From contig MU054575.1 in NCBI GenBank assembly GCA_013239625.1, positions 4,071,298 through 4,135,297 on the forward strand: DNA of 64,000 bases. Direction: 5' to 3'. A program made the translations under genes and the position numbers. This DNA is from Lama guanicoe. Lineage: Eukaryota. Of the stretch, positions 24,648 through 36,105 are shown one piece after another (position 1 is the stretch's first letter; every line of letters starts with the position of its first letter). Below the pieces are notes generated by a model. It saw only the letters and a program-made list of their open reading frames with translations. It was not told the origin of the DNA and made no database searches.

Positions 24648-24855
24648 CTTTTTTTTTTTCCTTTTTTGAGTTGAAGTATAGTCAATTTACAATGTTGTGT
24701 CAATTTCTGGTGCACAGCATCATATTTTATACATATACATACATGTTTTCCATTTCATATTCTATTTCATTAGAGGTTACTACAAGATATTGAATATAGC
24801 TCCCTGGGCTATACAGTAGAAACTTGTTTATGTATTTTATATATAGTAGTGTGTA
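24648..24855 (-). mobile_element. 5'-truncated L1 3' end (laurasiatherian/camelid type)
   Basis: Poly-T followed by TTGAAGTATAGTCAATTTACAATGTTGTGTCAATTTCTGG..TGAATATAGCTCCCTGGGCTATACAGTAG. Confidence 0.75.
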
Positions 24856-25974
24856 TCTCATAACGCTTCTCATGCCCCGTACTCAACAGGCAGTCTCCCT
24901 TCCCCAGGAAGTGACTTCTCTCTTCTGGGAGCTTCCCAACCGCCCCCTCATGCTGAGGTCAGGACCCCTCTTTTGTGTGTATCCCAGGGCACTGCAAACA
25001 GACCTGGCTTTGATGATACAAAACCTACAGTTCCCTGTATCATAGCTCTAGTTCTTGTCATAGTGTTGGACACATCAGAGAGCTCCTTAGACACCAGGCT
25101 ATTGAAGAAACAGATGGTGGAGTCCCTGGTTATCTCAGGGAAGGAGCCTGAACCAGCACCCAGGTCTCCCGACATCTTGTTCAGCATCTTGACCTCACCT
25201 AGAGGATGCACTGTCCAGCCCTGCTCTACTCCAGGTAATTCATTCCACGTTTGCTGCACACCTCCTTCATTCCTGGCACTGTGTTACACACCTGACAAGC
25301 ATCTTATCATTTCATCCTCACAGCAACCCCCTAGGATGGGCATGATCATCTCCACTTGCCAGATGGAATACTGAGGCTCAAAGAGTATAGCTCTCATAAA
25401 ATCACACAGCTTAGGAAAACGGCAGGACTAGGATTCAAACCCAGATCTGCTACTGGCTCCAGAGACGGAAGACTCTGCATCTCTGTGACACCAACAGGCC
25501 AAGCCCCATCCCCAGACAGGGGCTAGGAACAAACAGACAAAGGAAACAACAATCATGACTTCAGGGAAGCCAGGAAGTCAGTGTGAAAAGCTTCATAGCC
25601 AAATAACCATCAAGGGTTCCGAGGACTCACATTTTGGGAAATCAGAGGAGACATCTGAGCTGGGTTTAGCTCACTGCGCTGGGGGAGGGCAGGAAGGGGA
25701 GACTAGGGGAGAACATTCTGGGCATGGGGTGTGCTTGGGGGAGGAGCAATCAGGCTAGAAATCTAGGCCAGGAAAAGTTGTTTCCCATCCCTGAGCAGCT
25801 TATATTAAAACCCTGGAGTGGAGCCTCTAATCCAAGTGGGGTTTTCTGAGCAAGTCCCTAACATAACTTCATCTGCCTCAGTTCAGCTCTGTAACCTGAG
25901 CCAGGAGTCCTCACCTGCAGGAAGTGGTCCCTCCCCTGGAGTTTTTTCTAATGAAACGGAGTGGGTGGGTGTTA

Positions 25975-26262
25975 GTGGCTGTTCTGTGTGGGTGGATCTC
26001 ATCCAATCAGTTGAAGGCCTTAAGAGAAAAGACTAAGGTTCCCAAGAAAGAAGGAATTCTGCCCCAAGTTAGCAATAAGAAACCCTGCCTGAATTTCCAG
26101 CCTACTGCCCTGCAGAATTCAGACTCAAGACTGCAACATCGACCTGAACCTCCAGCCTGCTGTGCAGGTTTTGGACTTGCCACGCCCACAATCATGTGAG
26201 CCAGTTCCTTAATATCTCTCTCCATATCTGGTTTTATTTCTCTGGTGAACCTGGACTATACA
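25975..26262 (+). mobile_element. MLT2-like LTR fragment
   Basis: CTCATCCAATCAGTTGAAGGCCTTAAGAG..ATCATGTGAGCCAGTTCCTTAAT..TCTCTGGTGAACCTGGACTATACA. Confidence 0.75.
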
Positions 26263-26724
26263 ATTTTATGGATCATATTACATAATTACATCTATAGAAT
26301 ACCATGTATTGTATTTATCATAAATAAAGTGACACTTGAACATTTGTGAGCATTTACTGCGTGCCAGGCACTGCAAAGCTCTTTGCAGGTGTCTGGTGAT
26401 GACGCCCTTACTCATCCAAAAGCTCCATGATGTCGTCTGTGATGGGTCCCATTTCACAGATGAGAGGCCCAGAGGGTTCAAGTAACTAGCCCAAGGTCCT
26501 CAAATGATAAAGCTGGTTTTGGATCCACGTAGTTACACTGGGGTGGGCTCTTATCCATCATGGAACATGTGTGCAAAGGCATTTTGAATCAAGAAGCATG
26601 ACACAGCCGACAAGGGATGCCATTTTAGTCTTACAGTAGCCACTAGGATGGGCAGGGTGAAGGGGGACGGAGTGGGGTGTATGAGTTCTGGCTGGAGGGT
26701 CCTAGCACCACTGAGTCCTGAAGG

Positions 26725-26757
26725 TGCAGCCCCGGAAACAGCCGCGAGGTGGCGCCA
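26725..26757 (+). promoter_or_regulatory. Candidate CTCF site (core plus upstream motif)
   Basis: TGCAG-N12-CCGCGAGGTGGCGC. Confidence 0.6.
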
Positions 26758-27053
26758 GGCCGCTCCAGGATGTGTGGTTGGGGCTGGGAGCTGGGAGTGG
26801 TTCCGGGGTCTCTAGGACTAGTCCTCCACAGGGCTGGTGAGCCCGGGAACCCCCTCCCCCAGGCCTTGTGGGGTTTCCGCTCCGGTCCAGGGATCCTACC
26901 CCGAGGGTCGGGGGCCCGGCCTTGGTGGTGCCTATCTGTTTGAGGTATGATTTGGTGGTCACAGCCTGGGGACTGGGTCCAGCCCGGCCAACTGGGCAGA
27001 AAGTCAGTGCCCAGCTCCTTCCTGTACTGCTGGGGAGGGAGGGCCCCAAGCCA

Positions 27054-27221
27054 TCAGGTCACCACACAAAAGCTCTGAGTAATCCGCCTCCAGAAGTTGC
27101 GACTGCGGCTGCTAAGGGCCACCTCGGCAGCCTCCTGGAAGACGGCGTGGATATTTTCCTGCAGCAGAGCCGAGCACTCGAGGTAGGCCACTGCACCCAC
27201 GGCCCGCGCCATCTCCTGGCC
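27054..27221 (-). CDS. RHOD: RHOD exon 5 (last coding exon)
   Basis: AG| GQEMARAVGAVAYLECSALLQENIHAVFQEAAEVALSSRSRNFWRRITQSFCVVT*; CAAX box CVVT. Confidence 0.97.
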   Translation of the reverse strand, partial: GQEMARAVGAVAYLECSALLQENIHAVFQEAAEVALSSRSRNFWRRITQSFCVVT

Positions 27222-27772
27222 CTAATGGGGAGAGTGGACATGGCTGCCGTGAGGTGGGGGCCGCTGGGGACCTCACGTCCAGCCTCCCCACAGCCCTCTT
27301 GGCCATCTTAGGTGTGACTGTCTGGAGTACCCACTGCTCCTGTCCCCTGGCTTAACCAGGCACACAGATGGCTTCACTGGGTTTCCCGCCTCAGTTCTCG
27401 GCCTCTGCCTCTCAAGACACCAACTAATTAACTTCCCAGCCTAACTCAGGTATGCAGCAGAGAGGGGCCCGCAGACTGAAGAGCTGGGGGTCCTTCCTGG
27501 GCCTCAGGTGAAGTGGGTAGGTAGGACCATTTGATGTACACCCCACTTGCTCTCCATTTCTCGGGTGGAAATTTCCAAGCCTTGCAGTTCTTGACCACGA
27601 CTGTCAAGAAATTCTGGGAATTACCTATGCAAGCAAAACAACCCCTACCCTGAGCCACACCCTGCGTGTGCTAGATGCCTGGCGCTGCTGAGAGGCTGGG
27701 CCAGATCAGCACATCCTGTATCACAGAAGTTCCCTCTCCTGGCACCCCCTGCCCCCGGGCTGGGTTTCCTAC

Positions 27773-27907
27773 CCTGTGGTAGGTCACAGGCTCCAATCTA
27801 TTTTTCTGCAGCTTCTTCACCAGCGACTTGTCCTTGCGCAGGTCAGTCTTGCAGCCCACAACGATGATGGGCACCTCCTTGCAGAAGTGATTCACCTCTG
27901 GGTACCA
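27773..27907 (-). CDS. RHOD: RHOD exon 4
   Basis: WYPEVNHFCKEVPIIVVGCKTDLRKDKSLVKKLQKNRLEPVTYHR; AG/GT boundaries; G4 motif CKTD. Confidence 0.97.
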
Positions 27908-29924
27908 CTGCAGGGAGCAGGTAGTGAGGGGGTGTGTGTGTGAGCCTTGGGGAGAATGGGCTGCCCCCGGGTAGACTCAGACAACGTTTAGGGAGACCTA
28001 CTCTATGCCAGGCTCTCAGACTTAATACATATGAACTCATTTGCCCCCCAAGTCTCTCTGAAGCAAGTTCCACCATCAATCCCATTGTACAGATACACTA
28101 ACTGAGGCTCAGAGAGACTCTGTAACTTGGCCTTGGTCACATAACTGGAAGTGGCAGGATGTGAACCCGGGGGGGTGGGGCCCAGAGCCCTGTTCCCACC
28201 TGCTCTAGAATCCTACCTTTGCAAGGCAAAGTGTACCATGACTGCCTCCCCAACAGGGTAAAATATGTAAAGAAATGTGAGCCTTTAAAAAGAAAATTGC
28301 TCACAAAACGGCTGCATCAGCTGTTTGCCTGTTGGAGGGAGTGCCCCCGTCCTGTGTCAGCTGCTCTTTTGAGTGTGAGGCTCCAGGGCCTGGTTATTTC
28401 AGTCTGGACCATAACCAGGAGCCTGGAATCCAGACTGTATCTCCAGGAACGCATGCCTGTTCAAGTTCACGAAAAATTATCATCAACCGTTTGGATTCTG
28501 GAGCCAATAGGGCTGCTGTGGGGTCCTTGGCAGACCCTCCCCTCCACAAACTGCCCTTGGAAAGGGTCTCCTCCCTGACTCCACCTTGCTGAACCCAACA
28601 GGGAATCCTTAGCCTTCATCCTACCTGAGCCCTGACACCAGCAATCACTCCCTCCTCCAAAACCTGGTCTGCGCTTCACCCCAGGACCCCACCCTCCTGA
28701 TTGTCCTCAGGTCTCCAGCTGAGAGCCCCCTCCCCTACCCCCAGTCCTAAAGGGGCGTGCCCTGCCCAGCCCTGCCCCCTCCCAGTAACTGCAGACTCAG
28801 ACATCTGCCTGCCCACCTGACCCTCCACTGGGATGCCCAAAGGCCTTCTTCTCCCACCTCCCACCCCTAGCTTACTCCTTCTCAACTTGGGAAATGGCAA
28901 GTTTACCTTCCAGTTACTCTGATCAAAATCTCTCTCCCACTCATGTCCAATCTATCTGTAAACCCTGATGGTTTGGACTTCCAAACAGATTCAGTGCCCA
29001 CTCACCTCTCATCACCCCCTCTGCTAGCACCCAGTCCCGGCCACCACTGTCTCCCCTGGTCCCTGGTGCCTAGAACAGTGCCTGGCATGTAGATGTGTTC
29101 CATCAGTACTTCTGAATGACTGCGTGAGCAGACCCGTGGTTCAAATCTGACGGTTACCACTTTAATAGATGTGTATCTTGGAGCAAGCCATCCAATTTGG
29201 GGATAGCTGTTTTCTGCTCCACAGTGTTTTTAGGTTAGGTAAGTGTATATATATACAAGTGCCCAGAACCGTACCTGGCACACTAAGTTCTCAATAAATG
29301 CCGTCATCATTGTTGTGGTTACTGTTACTAATGCTGTCATGGCTGTGCTCTGAGGAACCCTGGAGCACGACGTTCACATGAACATGAAGGCCCCGGCAGC
29401 AGTGGGGACAGGGCTGTGCTGAGGATGTCAGCAGGAGCAGAGGAACTCAGGGTACCATCTCTCTGACACCTGTGAGCAGCTTCAGTAACCTCTGACATAA
29501 CTGGGGGACAACCTCGGAGGCCGCTGGGAGATAGCAGTCACACTGATGGAGGCTGAGAGCTGCTGGAAGCTGATAGCTCATGCGATCTCGGGCAGGCCCA
29601 GGCTGGGGAGATGAAGGGGCCTCTGGATCACCCAGCATTTTCAGGTAGGGTTACAGCAGGAAGAGCCACAACATTGAGTCTGTAGAATGGGGCAGGCAAG
29701 GAGCACTGAACTGGGAGTCAGAGGCCCAGTACAGACCCTGCTACCAAATCCCTGTAGGGCTCTGGGTAAGCTGCTCCGGGCCTCAGTTTCCCCATATAAA
29801 TGCCAAAGGCACTGGACTTGATGTCATCTGGGGCCGGCCAGGCTCTGATGGTCTGTTAGGTCAAAGGTAGGGTGGAACATGGGGACTGTGCCACCCAGCC
29901 CTCCCCCCTATGCCCAGTACCTAC

Positions 29925-30034
29925 CCGGTTAGAGACATTGTCAAAGCTGTATGGGTTGGTGACATCAAAGCAGAGGAGCAGGACGCTGGCGTCAGGGTAG
30001 AACAGGGGCCGTAGACGGTCATAGTCGACTTGCC
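29925..30034 (-). CDS. RHOD: RHOD exon 3
   Basis: (G)[36 protein letters not shown]; AG/GT boundaries; 110 nt. Confidence 0.97.
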
Positions 30035-30871
30035 CTGGGTAGAATGGAGGTGGTCACTTCCTCTGGACTCCTGCTCTCTGTCAGCACCTCCCCAAATCAA
30101 AGAGGTCACCTCACCCAGGACCTAGGGGTGGGGGCAGTGGGGGTGAACTGGGTCAGGGCCTAGTTCTGTGCCTCAGGGTCCAACACAGGTTTGGCACTTA
30201 GGGGGCCATTCCACGTGAATGTTCCCTTTGGGGCAGTGTTCCCCTGGCCTGCCTGTGGGATGTGTCAGCCCTGGCCTGGGTGAGGCCACTGGCTGAGAGA
30301 GCCCTGTTCTGGAATGAATGAGGGCTAAGGCAGGGGCCTCCCCCAGAGGAACTGAGGCCATCACTCAGAAGCCTGCTTTGCCCTGGGCTTGGGTCGTGGG
30401 GTCAGGTGCGGGGTGGTGAGGAGAGAGGCAAGCAGAACCCAGGTGAAGATATCATAGCACAACCAAGGTAAGGGGGTTGCCAGGATTCCCTGAGGTTAGC
30501 TTTGAGTTCTGGTGTATATTTGCCTCTGAACCCTCTTGTGGGCAAGGTCAGGAGGCTGGAGGGCAGGTGTCAAGGTTGGGCAGATCTTATAGACGCTAAA
30601 GCCAAGGTAGAGGCCAGAGACAGTCCACTCCTTGAGAGTAGAGGTCTGTTCCCCTCTTGTCTGCTGGATGTGGTGGGCTGCTCTGGGCTGAGGAAGCAGC
30701 AGACAAGAGGCAGAAGTAAGGAGGGTTCAGGTTCCTGGCGGCTCTAATCCTGGCTGACACCTGTCCCTTGGAGACTGGTTGGCCTTCTGATTCAGAAGGA
30801 AGGGAGTGGGGCTTGGCTCAGGGCGTCTGGGGCCCCTCCTCCCACTCCGTCCCTCCCCAGCCCTCACCCAC

Positions 30872-30959
30872 CTGCTGTGTCCCAGATTTGGAGGTGCACG
30901 GGTTTGCCCTTCATTTGCAGATTAACGGAGAGCCGCTCAAACACTGTAGGGGTGTAGCT
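30872..30959 (-). CDS. RHOD: RHOD exon 2
   Basis: SYTPTVFERLSVNLQMKGKPVHLQIWDTA(G); AG/GT boundaries; 88 nt. Confidence 0.97.
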
Positions 30960-33900
30960 CTGAGGAAGAAGGGTTCAAGGGGGCAGCCATGAGGACAGCT
31001 TCTGAAGGAGGGTGGTTCCTGGGCCCAGGCCAGAGCCCAGGAATGCCTGCGGCACTGCCCCTCTGGGAGTCAGCAGCGTGTAGTAGTTTCTGGGAAGCAG
31101 GTGGCTGGTGGGGTTGAGGCCTGGAGCTGCCACTTGGTAGCTGTGTGCCCGGCCGAGGCACCGAACCTCCAGGGCCCCTCCTCGACTGCAAAGCGAGCCT
31201 ATTAAAGTACCTTCAGCAGCGCATTGCGCTAAGAATTCAGTGAGCGCTCAGCACAGGGCCTGGTACAAACGAGCACTCGACACATGCCAGGACTGTTATT
31301 TTTATCTTTGTGCCCACCCAGACTGTCCCATTTCTGAGCCTTCCTTCATGCGGTCCCCTCCCCCTGGAATGACATTAACCTACGTTTGTTCGTTCGCTCC
31401 CTCATTCATTCACTCATGAGCACCTTCTCTGGGTCTGATTCTGGACCTGGGGGAACAAGTGATAATGACTCGTTGCCTGCCCTGGGGAGCTCCTAGCTTT
31501 TTCGAGTCCCTCCTTTGCCTCTCAGCTTCTCACAATCCAACCAGAACGCCCCATTTCTATCTCTCTTACCTGCCCCATCTGGCCTCAGGGAGGTCACCCA
31601 GGCCAGAGGCCCGCTGAGCTGGTGCTGCCCCCCTCCACAAAGGCTGGACGAATGAAAATAGGGCCGGCTTTTACACAAGTGCAGGAGTGAAGAGGAGGAG
31701 CTTTTACAGACAGGATCTGAGCAACAGGTGAGGTTTTCAAAACCTGGCCACAGCACACCAAGGGGTATGCTGGACCGGCTACATCTTGGGTACCTGGGCC
31801 TTGCTCTCTTGCTTAGGGCTGGGTGGTGGGGCCACAGTCCAGGGGGCCCTGTCTTCCGCTCTTTCAGGGTGGGACAGGGCCTCCACCTACCCATGACTCA
31901 GGACTCCCAGCCCGCCCGCCCCCAGGCCCTCTGAATCAGGCTCTGGTCACTGGGAGGGGCAGCCCCTTGGTGGTGGGTCAGTGGGGTCCCCCAGGGCACT
32001 AGGGAAGCTGCAGGGGAGGGTGGGGAGAACAGCAGGTCTGAGAGTGGGCAGTGGGGCAAGATGGAGAAGTCAGGGATGGCCCTGGGGTAGGGGTTCAACC
32101 CGCCTGACCTCTAGTCACCTGGCACTTCCTCTTCTAACAGACAAGGGCTCCACACTCCTCCCCAGGGCCCCTCCCTGCCCCCTCCCCTCAGGCCCTTTGC
32201 CTGGCGGGGGACAGTGTGACCCAGTGGCTGGGAGCACTGGCTTTGGAATCGGATGTGCCTGGCTTAGGCCCAGCTCTGGCACTCACCAGCTGTATGACTT
32301 GGGCCAGTGCCCTCACTGGTTAAGTAAGAGTGTCGCTGTGTGACAGGGCAGTGTCACTGTGTGGTAAGCAGACCGGCCGGCAGGTGAAGCCAACCATAAA
32401 TACCTGCCGCTTAGAAGGCTGGTTGCCAGGGGCAGAGTCCACACAGTGCCACCTACACTTCCAGGTGGTGGCCCTTCCCCAGCCTCTCCCCAGCCTGTCA
32501 CTATGGAGACACTGACATCTTCTGAGCTCCCAGCTTGGCCACCCACTCACCAGTAGAGTGGTCCTGCAGCAGGACCCCTCCTGGTGTGAGGTGCAGGGCA
32601 GCCTGCCAGGAAGCTCTAGGGAGACACATGTCAGGACTTCACAAATGCCCATGGAGATGCCACCATCACCCACATTCTCTAGGGATCTGCTGGGCCTGGA
32701 TCTTTACCTGCACTTCTCTGATCCTTGCAACCTTGGAAAGTCAGTAGTAACCCAATTTTCCTGCTGGGAATACAGGGAGGGGAAGTGACTTGCCTAAAGT
32801 AACGCTCTGGAAAGACGGCTAAGGATGGTCTCTCAGGCCCCAGAGGCCAGGCTCTGCCCCTGGCCACCTGTCTCTCCTGAGGTCACCAACTCCAGTGCCT
32901 GGCAGCAGGAGTGGGCAAGAGACCCCCCACGCCTTGGTTGTGGGGTGGGTTGCTCCTCTAGCTTGGAACTGTCACAATCCTCCCCTGGACTGTCATCCTG
33001 GAGACTGTCTACACCTTCTGACGTGTTCTTTGAACCCCCAGGCAAGGTCAATCTCTGCCCAGGGGACCAATAAGTGCCTAATGTTATCCACTGAGCTGTC
33101 CTCTGCCAGAAGGCCAGGGCTGGGCCCAAGTTAGACCAAGGCAGAGATGACTCAGGCCTGGGTCTGCCTTCATGCGGTCACAGACAGATGGATGGATTAT
33201 TGCAGGACAGGGGACACAGCTCAAGAGAGGAGAGTCAGGGGTTCCCCTGGGGAAGCACACCCCTGGGAGTCCCTGTGGGGACCAGGAAGGACTTGGCTGG
33301 TTCTGGAATGTCAGCTGGTACTCCCTGCCCTGTCCCACCCTGGCCCTGCTGTGGGACCCCTAGGCTTCTGGTCTTGTGGGGATATGTGTTGCCCCAAGTG
33401 CCAGTCAGGACTGGGCAGGGGTTAGTGCCCTTCCTGGAGTCCCCCTGGCTCCAGGAGCTCTGGAGCTCTCTACTGTGCTCCCCCTGCCCTGAACCAGACG
33501 ATGGGCCACAGCAAGATGAGGCTCACTGAGGCCCCTCCAAACCCCAGCCTCCTTCTGCTCTTTGCTGCAGGAGGGGCCTGGGAGACGGGACCCCGGGTCT
33601 CCTCTCTGCTGGCTCCCTGGGCTTGCAGGACTGTCAGGAGGAGTCCAGGAGCAGGGCCAGAAGGCTGGTCCGGCAGGCAGAGCACTGGGGGCTGCAGACA
33701 GTGTCCTGGGCAGGGGCTGGAAGACCTGGTTTTGAGGCCAGCACTTCCACTGCTGGGCTCTGTGCCCTGAGACAAGACTCTTCTCTCTGGCCTCAGTTTT
33801 CCCATCTGTAAAAGGAAAGCCTTTCCAGCTCTCAGACCTTGTGTTTCTTTTAAATGAAGAGGCCTCTCTTGTCTTGGTGGCAGAGAGGTACCAGGGAATC

Positions 33901-35269
33901 GGGATCCCCAAACAGGGGAGGTGCCTAGGAAGGCCAAGTCCAGCCCTCTGGTGACAAGCATGTCTTCCCCTCCCCTGGCCACCCAGAGTGTCCTTCAACA
34001 CATATTTTTCATCAACTGTAAGATGCCCATTTCCACACTGTAACCTCTCTGAAATTGGGATGGGTGTCACCATCAATATCTCTGAGTCCAGGACACTTGT
34101 GGTGGGCACCACACTTCCCAGTCCCTCTTCTGGACCCTAGCTGGACCAGCCTCTCTGGGGCGCTCCCCATGTTGTGCCCTAATTGTTGGGTTCTCACAGG
34201 CAGCATCTGGGAGCCTGGAAAAACATCCCCCTACTCCCAACTAAAAACAAATGTGTGACCAAAGGATGTGATGTCAGCTCTGTGAACCACAAAGCAAGAG
34301 TCAGCTTGATGCTGCCAGAGTGGAAAGAAAGGCTGAGGCTCTTACCAGGCCTGGCCTTTCCTGCCTCCCCCATTGACTCCCCAGCACTGCACACCCCAGG
34401 GGTTTGGAGGATGTTGGCATAGGCAGGAGGGGGAGGAGATGCTGGAAGCAGACCCATGGACTCCCAGGAGAACTGGGCTAAGAGGGGCAAAGTGGGTGGG
34501 TCCAGGCCCTGTCCTGGGGCTGGTGAGTCCGCCTGGAAAGTCAGTGAGCACGCTGACAGTCCACATGCCCAGGTGTCAAGGGCATGCCAAGTACCTCTCG
34601 GGGTTGTCTCTCAGCCTTCCCTTAATTCTTCCTCACCACCATCCTTGGGTCTCTCCACCCCATGAGATCATGTGAGCAAAACAGGGTCTCAGAGAGGCTA
34701 AGCAAGGTACCGAGGGCCCCAGAGTTTGTTCGAGGCTGAGTGCCAACCCAGCTGTCTGAGGAGTCTGCTGCGCTCTTGCCCTCCAAGGCAGAGCCCACGG
34801 GATGTCCACTGTAGGGGCAAGAGCTGTGAGAAAAATGTTTCCCAAGGAAAAACCTTTGCTACCTTTCAGTGAGTCCTTCCTGTTGCAGCTCAGAGATGAG
34901 CCCCTGACCTGCATGAACTCACTCATCACAGGGACCCTGGGAGGTGGGCACCATCATTATTCCTATTACATGGTTAAGGAAACAGGCACACAGAGAGTAA
35001 GGGGCTTGCCCCAGGGCACACAGCTATAAGTGACAAAGCCATGATTTGAAGCCAGGTGGTCTGGCCCCCGAGGCTCAGTCCCTCTAAGCCATGCTGTGCC
35101 ACCAAGTGCTCCCTTAGGACCTGCTACGTCCCGTCCCCACGTCACCTAAGTCATTCCCTGTGACACCTCCCCCAGTTAGGTGCCATTCTTGCCACTTTGC
35201 AGAGGATACCATTGAGGCCTTCACTGGCAGAGGGAGACCTGCGGTGGACCCCACGCTCTGCTGGGAGGC

Positions 35270-35950
35270 AGGCTGGGCGCGCGGCCTGGGTGGAAGGATG
35301 CACCCGTGCCCCGCTGTGCCCGGAGGGGCCGGCACTCACCTCGGGGAAGGCGCCCTCGGCGAAGACCATCAGCAGCGACGTCTTCCCGCAGCCGCCGTCG
35401 CCCACCAGGACCACCTTGACCGACCGCGCGCCGGGCGGCGCCTCCTCGCCCGCCGCCTGGGCCGCCTTCATCGCGGGGCGGCGGAGGGCCGGGCGCGGAG
35501 CGGCGACCGCGGGGCCGACGGGGCAGGAGTGGGGAAGGGGCGGGGCGGCGGGAGGAAGTGCGGCGGCGGCGGCGGCGGCGGGCGGCCCAGGTGAGGGGCC
35601 GGCNNNNNNNNNNNNNNNNNNNNNNNNNNNNNNNNNNNNNNNNNNNNNNNNNNNNNNNNNNNNNNNNNNNNNNNNNNNNNNNNNNNNNNNNNNNNNNNNN
35701 NNNNNGAGGGGCCGGCGGGGCTCGGGGCGGCGCGCGGCGCGGGGCGGGGCGCCGGGCTGGGCCCTGCGCCTCCCGCCCCAGGCGGCCGGGGAGAAGCGTT
35801 TCCCGCGCCCCTACTGTGTGCGGGCGCTCAGGCCGCAGGACGGGGCACGGAGACTCGGCCTCGACCTCGGGAGCGCACCTGGGTCTGAGGGGCAGAAGTC
35901 AGGTGGCTGGACGGGGACGGTGCGGACAGGGAAGGAGGAGGCGCCTGGCC
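35270..35950. promoter_or_regulatory. RHOD CpG island promoter (contains N gap 35604-35704)
   Basis: CpG-dense; GGGGCGGGG boxes; ETS-like GGAAGTG; (GCG)7 at 35560-35580. Confidence 0.88.
35340..35471 (-). CDS. RHOD: RHOD exon 1 coding part; Rho-related GTP-binding protein RhoD, 633-nt spliced CDS, 210 aa
   Basis: MKAAQAAGEEAPPGARSVKVVLVGDGGCGKTSLLMVFAEGAFPE|GTGAGT; P-loop GDGGCGKT; exons 132+88+110+135+168 = 633 nt in frame. Confidence 0.98.
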
Positions 35951-36067
35951 CCCTTCCCCGGGAGAGGGGAGGTGGGCGTCAGTCTTGGCTTACCAAGGTG
36001 GGGACAGGGGCTGGGTCCCTGGTGCCCAGTCTAGGCGGGGCACGGAGCAGGAGACTGTGACTTTTGG

Positions 36068-36105
36068 TGAATGAATGAATGAATGAATGAGTGAGTGAAT
36101 GAATG
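36068..36105 (+). repeat. (TGAA)n simple repeat, probably an L2 tail
   Basis: tgaatgaatgaatgaatgaatgagtgagtgaatgaatg. Confidence 0.8.

Noticed and set aside
17365-27773. RHOD-PEBP1 fusion protein by splicing RHOD exon 4 to the retrocopy acceptor
   Set aside because: The phase-0 junction reads [11 protein letters not shown] then TGA, stopping before the PEBP ORF.
33405-34112. 235-aa minus-strand ORF in RHOD intron 1
   Set aside because: Includes MIR-derived translation (FTDGKTEAR); no recognisable domain or splice support.
35197-36060. 287-aa plus-strand ORF
   Set aside because: Antisense shadow of RHOD exon 1 and its CpG island; crosses a gap.
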